From: Pocillopora damicornis
Lineage: Eukaryota
Assembly (NCBI RefSeq): GCF_003704095.1
Contig: NW_020843834.1
Location: 806,001-870,000 of the forward strand
Reading direction: 5' to 3'
DNA: 64,000 bases
This document shows positions 13,401-28,400 of the stretch, one piece after another; the first letter of the stretch is position 1, and each line of letters starts with the position of its first letter. The notes under the pieces were generated by a model. It was not told the origin of the DNA and did no database searches. It saw only the letters and a list, made by a program, of their open reading frames with translations. The position numbers and the translations under genes were made by a program.

Positions 13401-16400
13401 CTTTTCTCAACGTTCAGTGTGAGTAAATGCTTTAGTATATATCTCACATAGCCGAAGGTGTGCTTTATGAGCCACTTTTTTTGTTCTTACCACATTTTGA
13501 CGTCATCTGTGATCAATTATTGGACAGACCCGCGGCCAATTAGGATCTATTTGTCTATAGTACAGTACTGCTCGTATGTATAGAGTCAGAGGCGCGTCGT
13601 ACATGGGAATTACTTCACTTATTTTGTGTAATTTACTTGCATTTTACACTTACATGCGTGCATTTTTGATAAACAAGTAGCTTCTGATGTGATGTGAAGT
13701 GTGCGTGCTTCGCGCGCGCAGTGCGTGGGAATACCACGCGTGTAACGCATGTGTAATGTTGCGGTATACCCGAGCAGTATTGTACATTCAGTCTAAAGAC
13801 CGCAGTGTTATCTGCGTTTAAATTTTTGCTCAGTGTATTCCGTTTTACCATTTTAGTCTCATCTGGTTTCACTACGCTACCATCTGACCAGACTGTCATG
13901 GAAGGCGAAGAAGTGATATTCCATTGCGCTGCTAAAGGAAACCCAATGCCTAGAATAACTTGGACAAAGGATGGAAATATACTGGCTTCAGGAAACACTT
14001 TTAAGTTTAGAGCCCGTAAGAATGATTCCGGAGAATACTTTTGCTTGGCTGAGAATGGAGTAGAACTAGCCATCAATGCAAGCGCCCATCTTGATGTACA
14101 GTGTAAGTTTTACCTTATAGTTTTCACCGATGGTCGTCTTCAACCTTAGCAATTTTTGTTATCTTTTTTTCCCAGGTGTCTTCTGTCTGACCGAAAAACA
14201 AAACAATCTTTGGTCTCTTTTAAACCGAAGGTCAATTCAGCGGGGTAGAACAAAATTGTGTTCCGGCATGATTTCAAATCGCCTAAGTGATTACCGATTA
14301 AGTTATTCATCTTGAAATACAGTTCACGATACAGCAAGGCTCAGACCCTCTCCTTCCCAAGGGTAAACACGAATTTGTCCACTATCAATACAATTTCAGG
14401 CAAACGAATTCTCAGAACTGAAATTATAAGAAACGTTTGATTGGCACAATGCGGAAAATTTATGTGAAGATGTAAAGAGTGAAGCGTTTGATAGTGTATG
14501 CTAAGTTTTCTTTGTTTGTATTGTGTCACAGATGCACCAAGCTTCGTGGTCAAACCAACGAACAAAACCATTACTGAAGGTAGCTCGGTGGTATTCACTT
14601 GCGATGCCACTGGAAACCCAATTCCAGAGATTACATGGTTTAAGGATGGGGAGACTGTTGCTAAAGGAAAGAAACTGATGTTTGTTACCAATAGGAATCA
14701 ATCTGGAGAGTACTGGTGTTTAGCTGCCAATGGGTTAAATGTGACTGTCAATGCTAGTGCTTCTCTTGATGTTCAGTGTAAGTATAGCTTAGTGTAAACT
14801 TAAACTCATACCAGGGTCGGTACAACAAAATAAAAAAAATCGCAGTGGAGGAAAACGAACAATAATTCAGTCTGTGTCAATCAGTACTTACGACTATGGG
14901 GAAAAGGAAAGGGGACGGGGGAATTCATAAGGTATTCATCTCGATCGGTGAGTTTTAGTGATCCTTGTAACCGTAATGACAAAGCAAAAACTTGACAGCA
15001 AAGCGCTCCTGATTAAGTGCGCATCGGCAAACTGTTAGAGGGTTCCCTGAAGTTGATTAGCATCGTGGGCGAAAAAATTAGAAAGAATCCATCAAGACGT
15101 TAGCCACGTTAGCTGGAATTTCCATTATGTTGATAATGTTGTTCCGGATAACCGAACTCCGCCGAACTTACTTTACGTAATTTGCAGTTCCACCAAGTTT
15201 TACAGCAACACCAAGCGATCTGACTGTTCGAGAAGATAGTGAAGCAAGATTCCATTGTTCTGCCTCTGGTAATCCAACCCCTGAGATAACATGGATGAAA
15301 GATGGGAAGACTGTGGCTCAAGGAGGTGTGCTGAGGTTTTCTGCCAAACGAAATCAGTCTGGGGAATATCAATGTTCAGCAGATAATGGACTAGGTGTGA
15401 ATATCACCGCTAGTGCCTCTCTTGATGTACAATGTAAGTTGACGTAACACGTTTGTCAATTTTGGNNNNNNNNNNNNNNNNNNNNNNNNNNNNNNNNNNN
15501 NNNNNNNNNNNNNNNNNNNNNNNNNNNNNNNNNNNNNNNNNNNNNNNNNNNNNNNNNNNNNNNNNAAATCTAAAACAAGTCGTACATTTGGTAACTAAGT
15601 CGCTATATGTTTACCTTCTACAAATCAGCACAAAATAATCAATTCTTTATTTCGACCTTAGCCAACGCTGTTTGGTTTTGACTTTACACTTGATTCCTTG
15701 ATGTTTAGTAATTAGAGAAGGGATAATGAACAAAAAATAAGCAAGGGAACACCACACTGCCTTGTATAAAGCTTGTGTTGCCTCGGTATAATTTTGATAT
15801 TTTAAGATACCAATCTTATTTAAATAAACGTCTTCACCGGAGTTACATAAATATGTGAAACTTCATATTGCTTTTCTATCTGTTACTAAAATAGATGAGA
15901 TTTTAGCATATCCGGAAAGACAGTTAGGTTGAACCAAGATATTTATTTGTGCTGTTATGATGTTTCTTTTAGGAAACACTTTTCCGTAGTTTCTTTACCA
16001 AACTTACATTGTACATCAAGATTGACAGTTGTATTGATAGATTCACCAAGTCGATTCGTGGCCAAACACCAATATTTTCCAGAATCATTCCTGCTGGTTT
16101 CAAAGCTGAGAGTGTGTCCTTCTGCCACAGATTTTCCATCTTTCATCCACGTTATAGTTGGAGTTGGGTTCCCAGTGGCAGTGCAATGGAAAGTTGCATT
16201 CGTTCCCTCAATAACAGTTTGATTTGTTGGTCTTGAATCAAAGCTCGGTGGAACTGAAATATAATACACACAGCATGAAAAAGTAAATAACAAAGCAGTT
16301 AGCAAAAAGAGGTCAAGTATTGGACCACAAGTGAAAACTGGTATAATGTTAATTGTACTTACATTGGACGTCAAGATTAGCGCTGGCATTGACAACAGCT

Positions 16401-19400
16401 TTTACTCCGTTCTCTGCCGAACACCAGTATTCCCCAGATTGAGTTCTGTTGGTTTCAAAACTCAGTGTGTCTCCTTCACCCACAGTCTTCCCATCTTTAG
16501 TCCATGTTATCTTTGGAGTTGGGTTACCAGTGGCAACACAATGGAAGGTTACAAAATTACCCTCGGTAATAATTTTGTCCGTTGGCTTAATGATGATACT
16601 TGATGGGTCTAAAAAAAAGTGATTTAGAGAAATATAAAGCAAATTGAACATTTTGGAGCAAAGTCAAGATTTGTGTATTTTCAAAAATTGAGCGTAAATG
16701 AACTTTTCATTTCCACTATTTTCTAACCTTTCCGACCTAAGCTATCCTTGTTTGCTTTGGGCTTAATACTCGACTCCTTGATGTTTGTTGCTTTAAAACG
16801 CGATAATGAAAAAAAATAACACTAAGGGAACCGAAAACTGCCAAGTATAGAGCTCGTGAAACTTTAGTATCAGATAGGACACCATTCTCACTTAAATAAA
16901 GTTCTACACCGGGGTTACATAAAGATGTGATCTGCATGAGGGTTTCTTTCTTTACTAAATTTGTTGAGATTTTGGCAAATCAGGAAAAACAGTTTGGTTG
17001 GTACAAAAGTAAATTATTTTCTACATATTCTATTATCATTGTTATGATCTTTCTTTTAAGAAACAGTTATCCTTTTGTTTCTCTACCAAACTTACATTGC
17101 ACATCAAGATAAACTGTCGTATTGATAGCGTCACCCAGCCCATTCTTAGCCAAACACCAATACTTTCCAGAATCATTCCTGCTGGTTTCAAAGGCGAGAG
17201 TGTCTTCATCAGACACGGAAGTGCCATTCTTCATCCATTTTATGGTTGGAGTTGGGTTCCCAGTGGCAGTGCAAAGGAAAGTTACATTCGTTCCTTCGAT
17301 AACAGTTTGGTTGCTTGGTCTCGAAGTAAAACTTGGTTGATCTGGAAAAAGAGAAAACAAACAAACCAGTAAATTATAAGCCAGCAAGTACAAATATGCT
17401 TAATAATAGACTACCATCAAAGATTTTCTGTTCTTCTCCTGGTAGGGCGCTATCGTACTTACACAAAACATCAAGATTGGCACTAGCATTATCGGTAAAC
17501 TTCAATCCATTGTCTGCTAAACACAAGTATTTTCCAGATTGAGTTCTGTTAGCTTCAAAGCTCAGTGTATCTCCTTCCTCTACAGTCTTGCCATCTTTAA
17601 TCCACGTTATTGTTGGAGTTGGGTTCCCAGTGGCAGTACAGTGGAAGGCTACCTCATTTCCTTCTGCGACAGTCTTGTTCGTTGGGTTGACGACAATACT
17701 TGGGGAAACTAAGAAGAAAGGACGATTAAGAAGAAAAGTAATCGTGTTCATCTTCAACAACACAACGAAAAAGTAATCAGGTGTCGCTTTGTTCGTCCTA
17801 GGCCAGTCCTGATCTGTCTTCGTTTGTTTTGAAATGTGTGCTAGAAGCAGATCTAGAAATTCGTAATAAGGGAAGGACGACCGGACCTAAATACACTTAT
17901 TTTCAGTTTTTCAGCCTCGATAAGCTAAGTACTATTCAAAAACAAGTAAATTTAAATACTTCATACTAAGTAGTAGTATGTAAAACTGTCTTTGCAACAA
18001 TTTTAGGGTTAGACGTTCGACAAGTAAAAATACCCGAAGGTCTAATAAGGGGGGGGGGAAGTGTTTTCGGACACCAACCCTCCCCGAACTTCCCCCTGGA
18101 TCTACCACTGGTTTCGACACGATTGTCTTAAAACTTTTAACACAGCGCATTACTTCGTCAGTTTCTTTATCAGACTTACATTGTACATCAAGATAGGCAG
18201 TGGTGTTGATAGTTTCACCCACTCCATTCTTAGCCAAACACCAATAATTTCCAGAATTGTTTCTGTTGGTTTCAAGGCTGAGAGAGTTTCCCTCGGCCAA
18301 AGCATTCCCATCTTTCATCCACGAAATCTTTGGAGTTGGGTTCCCAGAGGCATTACAATGGAATGCAGTTTTTGTTCCTTCCATAACAGTCTGGTTGGCT
18401 GGTTTCCACTTAAAGTTTGGCGGAACTAATAAATGGTGAATCATTCATGAAGTTTAGAACAGCAGGAGATGGGAAAACATTAGCTCGGTAAGTGAAAAAA
18501 ACATAAAAAGAGAGAAAATAACTCAAGAAGTCACAAGAATAAAAAATATTGAAATACAATTGACGACTTCTTTTTTCTATTTTCCTGGTACAATGCTAAA
18601 GTACTTACACTGGACATCAAGATTGGCGCTGGTATTTACAGGAGACTTCAATCTGTTATCTGCCAAACACCAGTATTTTCCAGATTGAGTTCTGTTGGGT
18701 TTGAAGCTAAGTGTGTCTCCTTCAGCCACAGTCTTCCCATCTTTCATCCACGTTATATTAGGAGCTGGGTTGCCAGTGGCAGTACACTGGAAGGTTGCCA
18801 TATCTCCCTCAATAACAGTCTTATCCGTTGGTTGGCTGATAATACTCGGGGAAACTTAGTGATGAATAAAAGGATATAAGTTTTCAATTACGCAGCCGAG
18901 TTACGACTTGTTCATCTTCAACAATAAATTAAAAACTAATCAAGTTTCCATTTACAATCTATTCCAATCCCCTCTCTGAGTTAGCCATTCCTATTTGCTT
19001 TCGGTCTTATTCCTAACACATTAGTGTTTCTCGATAGAGACAGGATGTTAAAGTGTGGGAATCGGAAATTGTCGCATTAAAAAAAGCTCAGGTTACCTTT
19101 AATTTTAACATCAAGAAAGGATATCACTATCGGCTACAGGAAGATCTTCAAAGGAGGTTCGCAGATATGATATTCATATCGCTTCTCTCGCCTTTTTCAT
19201 GTTTCTAGTGTTTTGGAACATACACAAATTCAGCCAAGTTACACGGCACGAATTGAATTTTTTTTTTCCACTTCGTTGGCATTGTCATAATATTTTTTGT
19301 GAAAATACTTTTCTTGTTTCTTTTTAAACTTACATTGTACATCAAGATAGACAGTTGTATTGATAGCTTCACCCAGTCCATTCTTAGCCAAACACCAATA

Positions 19401-22400
19401 TTTTCCAGAATAATTCCTGCTGGTTTCAAAGCCGAGAGTCTCTCCTTCAGCCACAGAACTCCCATCTTTCATCCACGTTACAGTCGGAGTTGGGTTCCCA
19501 GTAGCAGTGCAAAGGAAAGTTACATTCGTTCCTTCGACAACAGTTTGGTTGCTTGGTCTCGTAGTAAAGCTTGGTGGAACTGAAACAATGGATAAAAGCA
19601 AAACAGAGTGAGCAATAAACCATTTTTTTCCTAGCGGTTTTAAACACTAGATTGGTGATCGTTCACGAAAAGGAAAATGAGGCAAAAAAATAAAGGTCCT
19701 ATAACCACTTTTGGGCAAGAAGTGTCATGAATCGGACCCTGCGATGACCAGATTGTTACAACTGTAGACTGACTCAAAAAGATTGATCATCTCTGTGTGC
19801 CTGTAACAAGCATAATTTCGGACCCCTGATATTCATCATATTCTCGTGGTATAATTATATTGTACCAAGGTTTTCTTTAAGGTTTTAAGTAGCCGGAGCT
19901 TTTTTAAAGGTAAACGGTTGTGGGTCTCGAAATCCAATATGGCGGACAAAACGTCATATCGTTCGTACTTTCCTGCCACCGCAGCAAGATTTGTCAAAAA
20001 GATAGTCCCCATCAGAACGTTTTTAAACTAACCTTGAGTCAGAAGTATTTTTATGTTTTCAGAAAAGATAGGCAGTGCAAATTTATATTTTTACTGAGCC
20101 CAAGTTTAGACCTGATAAACATCATCTCTGTACGGGCTCTAGAATTAAGCAATGAAAGTAGCCGGCGAAACCTTGCAGAGAAGCCGGCGTACTTCGCCGG
20201 CTGCCGGCGCTTATCTACAACCCTGTGTACTTACACTGAACATCAAGATTGGCGCTAGCATTAACTGCAGACTTCACTCCATTCTGTGCTGAACACCAGT
20301 ACTTTCCAGATTGGGTTCTGTTTGTTTTAAGGCTTAGTGTGTCACCCTCAGCCAAAGTCTTCCCATCTTTGATCCATTTTATCTCTGGAATTGGATTCCC
20401 ACTGGCCGTGCAGCGGAAGGCTACCATATCACCTTCAGTAATAGTCTTGTCAGTTGGCTTAATGGTAATACTCGGTGAAACTGAAAAAGTAAAAATTGAA
20501 AAGATATAGATTACGTTCATACAATTGTTATTCTGTAGAGAGCCACCTAACTTTAAATTTTTTGAGTTTGCCATTTTCAATGCTTGCATTTGCAACTCTA
20601 GCCATCCTTGTATACGTTTAATTTATTCTTGCCACTAAGTTGTTGGACTTCTGTCGTTTTACTGTTCCATTAACCCAATATCTATCACGAACTTACATTG
20701 CACATCAAGATTGGCACTAGCGTTGACAGTTGGATTCAATCCGTTATCTGCTAAACACCAGTATCTTCCAGAGTGATTCCTGTTGGCATCAATACTCAGT
20801 GTGTTTCCCTGAGTCACAGTCTTCCCATTGTTAATCCAGGTTATATTTGGGACTGGGTTTCCAATGGCACTGCAGTTGAACGTAGCTAGGCCACCCTCTT
20901 CAACGGTCTGATTAGTCGGTCGGACTGTAATGCTTGGTGCAACTGTAAATCGAATAAATAACCATTGGATAATAATAAAATGCTGAAGACGTCTCACGCA
21001 CGAAGTCCGGAGACAATAATAATATGGAAATAACGGAAATAACACCGTACCTCTCGGTTTGGGGAGAGGAATATTCTCAAATTATTTGAAAAGGTCAAAT
21101 TGACCAGTTATGCTGCGTACTGAAGCCATTTTGAAGTGATATTTGTAGAAATCCGGGACTCAACAAATTTTGCTTCACTGTGTTCATTCATGGTTTTGAA
21201 AAACTTTCCAATACTCCGCACCGATCAAAGACGTAAAACTCAAAAGTGATTGTGACTTGATAATCAACGTTTTACTGCGCATAAGTCACTTTTCTCGCTT
21301 CTGTTATATTTTCCTTTGTTGTAAATGGCCGTCGAGATAACTTTGGTTTTCGTTTACAACATGCAACCGGAATTTACACTATCAAGTAAGTACTTAAAAC
21401 AACCATTTGATACTTACACAGCACATTCAGATAGGCACTAGCATTGACAATAGTTTGAAATCCATTTTCTGCCACACACCAGTAATTTCCGGACTGATTC
21501 CTGTTGACTACTAAGCTGAGGTGATCTCCTTTACCCACAGTAATCCCATCCTTGATCCAAGATATGTTTGGTGTTGGGTTACCAGAGGCTGCACAATCCA
21601 ATGTGGCTGTTTCTCCTTCGAGGACAGTTTGATTTACTGGTGTAGTTGTTAGGTTTGCTGGAACTACAATGGATCAGAGAAGATCATTGTTTTGCAACTA
21701 GTGCGTGCGTTTATCCGCTGCTAAATCAGAGAATTGCAATCGTAAGATAACATACTCGTGTCATGTTTTTACTCACATTGTACATCAAGATAGGCACTTG
21801 TGTTGATAGCAGGACCCAGTCCATTCTCCGCAGAACACCAGTACTCTCCAGATTCACCCTTATTCGGCGTCAAACTCAAAGTTTCCCCATGAGACACAGT
21901 CGTACCATCCTTGATCCACACTATCTTTGGGGTTGGGTTACCGGTTGCATTACAGGTAAACGTTACGTCATTAGCCTCTACGACAGTTTTGTCAGAAGGT
22001 TTTATGGAGAAGCTTGGAGGATCTATAAAAGAAGGGGTTAAGTTTGCAGCTAGCTTATGACAATTTAATCCATGAAATTTAACAAGATATTATGTAAATT
22101 AAGTTGCGCTAATCAGAAGATTTCTCAATCTAGAGTAGATTTGTGATAACATAACTAAAGCATTTTCTTACTCATCCAGTTACTGCTCTGTCACAACACT
22201 TTTAAATCGAGTGTCGAAATAAAAACCGGAATGTATCGGTTTTTCTTCACCTCTCTCTCAAACAGTCTTGTTAGGTAGCAGTCATTACGTATTGCTTGGG
22301 GAGGGTTGAGGGATTTGGGAGGGGAATCACATGGTTTTCTGGGAGGAGGAGGGAGGTATGGTTGTCAAAAGAAAGCATTAAGGGGGTACTATGAAAAATT

Positions 22401-25400
22401 GACTGCAAATGAGGGGAGGTCGGATCAATATCAGTATCTGAGCAACTGCCCACCCACCCCTCCCCTAACTCAACAACAGTCAATTGATAACAAGTAAGGG
22501 TTAATGTTGGGTTAAGGGAGGGGTAGGTGGGCAGTTGCCCAGATACTGATATTGATCCAGGAGGTAAATAGAATACATCAGAGCCCTATGGGGGAACAGG
22601 CGAATTTTGCTCAAATTCATTTGCAGAAGGAAAAAAACTTGGTTGAGAATTCCAACTCTTTAACTGTCAAATAAATACTCACATTGTACATTAAGGCGAG
22701 TTCTCGCTTTGACAGTGACATTCAACCCGTTATCTGCCAAACACAGGTATATTCCGGAATCATTCCTCAGAGCTGTGAAGCGTAGTGTATCGCCATAAGC
22801 CACAGGTTTTCCATCCTTCATCCACGTTATCTTTGGTGCAGGGTTACCAATTGCATCGCAATGGAGAGTCACTTCATCAGATTCATTGACGGTCTTGTTA
22901 ACCTTTTCACCCGTGAGACTTGGTGCGACTGAAAGTGAAGAATATTCGATGTTGACCGTTTACACCCTAACATCAGTATATATATTCTCCATACTGTTCT
23001 CTATACATTTCCAAAAGTGCTGATAAGGAGAATTTCTTTAACAATCAATAGATTCTTTAGTTGGTGATCATTTCCTTTATTCTCGTGCCTTAATCTTTGA
23101 TTCAGGTGTGTTATTGTAAGGAGGAATTAGCTGCTTGTCAATAAAGTCAAAGGGGTAAGTCAAAGGGCTACAGTACTACCCTTTAACAGCTTAGACATAA
23201 CTGCAGTGCTCCAAGCTGCAACCCTTTTGGTCATTGGCGAGTGATAAAATAATTGAGCAACTTCTTCTGAACCAAATTGCCCATTCAACGGCTTGTGTTC
23301 AGTAGTCAAGTGGCATGTTGTGGCTTTACCATGGTTAAAAGGGGGGTGGGAAGGAAGTGTGACATTTAATTGACATATTATGTACCATTGCAAAAAAGAT
23401 GCCTCTTTCATTTGCCCCCCTTCCTTTCTGGTTACCAAATTTTTGTTTCAGGAGACCATGTTAAGAATAGCATCTCTGAAACAAGATGAGCTTGAAGCCC
23501 TGAACTGCATTGTTAATAAAATCAATGAATTTTGCCAAATTACTTACAATGCACATCAAGATAAGCACTAGCATTGACAGTGGCTTTGAATCCATTCTCA
23601 GCTGAACACCAGTATTTCCCAGATTGGTTCCTGCTTGCTGAGAATCTTAGAATCTCTCCAGAACCCACAGTCATCCCATCTTTAGTCCACGTTATCTTTG
23701 GGGTTGGGTTACCAGTGGCAATGCATTGGAAAGTTGCTTCATCCGACTCAAGAACTGTTTGGTTACTGGGTGCAGTGGTTAGGCTTGGTGCAACTGCAAC
23801 AAAGAAAATCAGTTGTGATACATTGAAAGGATAGTCACAGGCATGATTGACAGAGGCTTCCTTAGAAAATCTAAGGTCTTGTAAAAACTTTTTACTTGAT
23901 CTCAAAATCTCTTTAAAAGATGTCCAAAAGTCTTATTCATAGGTAATTTTACTTTGTTCTTGGAGTCTCGCATTTCTTTACAAGTTGTCGGGTTCTGAGA
24001 TTTTTATTTCTTACCCAGGCTCTTGCTCAAAATGTCGATAGATAAGCTTAGATTTATTGTTGTGAATGGAGAAAATTTGGTTATGATGGTTGTGATTTAA
24101 AAGCATTATACTGTGGAAGTTGATACATAGTTACAAACAAACATAAAAGAGGATATCACAGCTCTGTACAACGTCAGAAATATTGAGTCTCACTTTCTGT
24201 CTTAGATTCCCAAATTTATGATCAAAACTGTGGTGCTGCATTGATAGCAGGCATTATAAGATAATTTGGTACATCAACTGAGTCAAAAATGTAAAGTGAC
24301 CACCATACGAAGTTTCCAAAACTGAGCTTCAAATGTTAGCCCTTTGTCAGAGTGAATGATCAAAGTATCCCACAAGTCTGGGATTTTACCATTGATTCCT
24401 CACATAATACTGCAGATGCATTTTTAAACACAAGTTGATCTTCAAGTGTTAAGTGAAGTCGAACTACAATAGCCGCGGAATGTAGACTACCTTTGACAGT
24501 ATTGATATTTGTATTACAAAATAGAAATAACACTAAACAAATTGTGCTTATTCCACTCAATCAAACACATTCTCAATCACACCTACAGAAATAATATGCT
24601 CAAATGATCATGCATTTCTACTTACAAAGCACGTCAAGATATGCACTGGTGTTCATCACTGTCTTTAAGCCATTCTCTGCCATGCACCAGTAATTTCCAG
24701 AATTATTCCTGTTGCTTTCAAATCTTAGTGTCTCTCCATGTGCCACAGTCTTTCCATCCTTGTACCAAGTTACATTTGGCAACGGGTTTCCAGTGGCATT
24801 GCAATGAAACATTACCATGTCAGTCTCTTTTACTGTTTGGTTAACAGGCTTGTTCACAAAATTTGGCAAATCTGTAAGAGAGGTTCAAGAGAAAGGCCTG
24901 GTGACTACTATTCCTTGATATAAGACTATGATTCCTTCTTGGCAAAACCCCCAGCCTACACATGCTCTAGTGCTGAGTCTGCTGGGTGTTTCAGGCCTCA
25001 ATAAGTACTTGTAAAATCAAGCTGATAACAAGAACTTGGACTTGACTTTTGCACAGGGATGGTAAATCTAAAATGCGATGGCAGTGTGGAGTGCCAGAGG
25101 TCACCAAAGTAGATCAGCCACACCCTATGACTTGAGGTAGCTGCCAATTGACGCAATACTAGGAAAGATGTTTTATGAGTGATAACACTGCAGTTAAGTC
25201 AGGTACTTAGAAAGATTTATGCATGGGAACTGGAGGGGGAGAAATAAGGATTCAATGACAAAACATAATCCTGAAAAGCTCTGCTCCTTCTCAACTGATC
25301 AGCCTCTACTCTTCAAAAGTACACAAACTGGAGATAATGTAAAACTAAAGTATCACACTTGTAACTGTTGTGCATTGGTGATGGAGATAAAAATTGGATC

Positions 25401-28400
25401 AGTAATGAGCTTGGCTAAATTTCATTTCCTTTGGGGAACAGGAAACTTTGGCATTCAAGAACACTGGTCCACCTGTAGACATCCCTGCAGCCTCACAGTC
25501 CCTAGAAATTCTCAATAAGATATAGCATTCTCACTTACACTGAACATCAAGAGTGGCACTAGCATTAACAGTAGAATTCAGTCCATTTTCCACAGAACAC
25601 CAATATTTCCCAGATTGATTCCTCATAGCTTCAAAGATAAGCAATCCTTGAGTAGCCACAGTCTTGCCATCTTTCATCCACTTTATCTCAGGCACAGGGT
25701 TCCCATCTGCAGCACAGTGGAAGGTAGTTTCTGTGCCTTCAAGGACAACCCGATTAACTGGTTTTGTGGTCAAACTTGGTGGGTCTAGACAAGACATTCA
25801 TTCATTAACATATGTCCTCATTTCATCTTCTAAATTAATCCTCAAAAGGGCCAAAGGCTAACCATTGAAGACTTTCATGCCATCATAGAAATTGTAGGGA
25901 GAAATTCCTTTTTGATCACTCCTGGAAGTGAAAGGGCAAATATGTTATACATCACTTACATTGCACATTAAGGTGGGCACTGGCGTTCACTGTGATACCC
26001 AGACCATTTTCTACTGAACACCAGTATTTTCCTGATTGATTTCTGTTGACTTCAAAGCTCAAAGTTTCTCCTTTAGCCACAGTCTCTCCACCTTTCAGCC
26101 ACGATACCTTTGGAGTTGGGTTCCCAGTGGCAGTACAGTGGAAGGTTATCCTTTTGTTTTCAATGATCTTTTGATCTGATGGCCTGGTTATTATGCTTGG
26201 TGGAACTAAAACAATTTGATTATAGTCACTAATGATAAAATAAAACAGGCTGTGTAAAGTTTGAGAGTAATAATTTCCCTTTCACTGGGGAAAAATCATT
26301 TCATCAGTCAATAGAGATATATCTTTAAAAAAATAACTGAAAAATAGCTACCAGTTAACTGTTTCTCAAAGACTTGCACTGGAAGTTCTTGATTGACATA
26401 GCTCAAAAAAAAACTTACAAATACTACATAGCTTCATTAATCAAAAGCAGCACTTTGTTGCCTAAATCCATTTTTTTTACTCCCAAATGTGATTAACATG
26501 TACATGTTACATCTCCACATAATATCCATATATCATCCAGCAAACTAGTAACAAAAATATTTAAACTTATCAGGCAGATGTTGTTATCTTGATTACCACT
26601 AAATTCTTCTCACTGATTTACAAGGAAATGTGTACCAGCTAGAGGGGGGAATTCACAAGCCAATAGGACATCTTGGAAGTTAAAGAATTATTCCATGTCT
26701 ACCCAAATATCTACGTAAATGCAAAATTTTCACTTACATTGTACATCAAGAATAGCACTGGCATTCACAATCACACTCAATCCATTCTCAGCTGTGCACC
26801 AATATTTTCCAGATTTATTCCTGTTCACTTCAAAGCTCAGTGTTTCTCCATGACCCATAGTAGTCCCATCTTTTAGCCAAGTTATCTTTGGGGTTGGGTT
26901 CCCAGTGGCAGAGCAGTTGAATGTTACAGTTTGGGACTCGATTACTGTCTGGTTTGTTGGTTTTGTGATTAAACTTGGTGCAACTGCCAAATTACAGAAT
27001 ATTGAATTGATATTTGTGAAACACAGTAAATTTGTGTAAATTCCATGCAATCCCTTCCAAAAAAAATCCCCTTAGCCTTTTCCAATCTCTGGAAGTGATT
27101 TTTAGCACAAAATCAACAATTGGCAAAGAGTAAATCTCCTAGGCAAAAAAAAAAATTATTCCTGACTTGTATGTCTTAATGGCATTCATGACAAAATGAC
27201 AATATATTTATCTGTGGCCGTTTGTTCTGGCTTTGTACTCAATGAGTCTGTTCATTTCTCTAAAATGAAATTGCAATACTCACATTGTACATCAAGATGA
27301 GCACTTGCGTTGACAGCAACACCCAAGCCATTACTCACTGAACACCAGTACTTTCCAGCCTTACTTCTGATCGCTCCAAAGGAAAGACTCTCTCCTTGTG
27401 ATACTATCTTTCCATCTTTCATCCAGGTTATTTTTGGAACAGGGTTACCAATGGCAGCACAGTAAAATGCCACCACCTTATTTTCAACAACGGTCTCGTT
27501 GGAAGGCTTGGTGGTAAAACTGGGTGGAACTGGGAGCACAACAAATTTATGAATAAGCTGTTGAATCTTAAAAATTTGTATTCAGGTTTATAGTTTTGTT
27601 CCTTTAATGAAGTCAAACAGAAGCAGTTAAACTGATCCATCATAAAGTACTTAAGCAAGGGTTTCAAGAATTGTGACTGTGGAGGATGTAATATGCAGCT
27701 TTACCAGGAAAACAACCTGAACACAAGGACCTGTTTGCAGACTAAACAGACAGCAGCAAGAAGTCTTTTAGGCGACCACAGATCACCAGTGCACACTTTT
27801 CTTGAAACCCCCTGCTAAGGTCAGATGAGTTTCTAATACATAAAAGTAAAATATAGCTCTAATTACAGTTCATTGTTTGGGTTTTTTTCATAATCAAGAA
27901 GTTAAAAAAAGATGCAATATAGATAATTCATGTAAGATTTATAATCATGTTTAACCAACTTACATTGGACATCTAGAGTGGCACTTGCATTAACAGTGGA
28001 ATTAAGTCCATTCTCTGCTAAACACCAGTACTTTCCAGATTGATTCCTGTTGGTTTCAAAGCTCAGTGTTTTTCCTTCAGCCACAGTCTTCCCATCTTTC
28101 ATCCATGATATCTTTGGAGTTGGATTCCCGATGGCATTGCAGTGGAATGTTACATTTTCCGATTCAGTAACAGTTTGGTCAACTGGTTCCGTAATTAAAC
28201 CAGGTGCAACTAAACAAAAAAATGGAAACACAATGTGAGCTTAAAATTTCTCAAGAAATGAAATTCAGCAAGCTTTTTAATAACAAGTTTTGAATAATTA
28301 CTTGTTTAACATTCTGGATCAATATCAGTATCTGGGCTACTGCCCACCTACCCCTCCCCTAACCCAACGGCAGTCAATTAATGACAAATTAGGGTTAATG

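Noticed and set aside
9192-15465. A separate plus-strand Ig gene or an invertible switch
   Set aside because: It has no signal peptide or terminal exon, both ends are unsized gaps, and the sequence continues seamlessly from 15566 when flipped.
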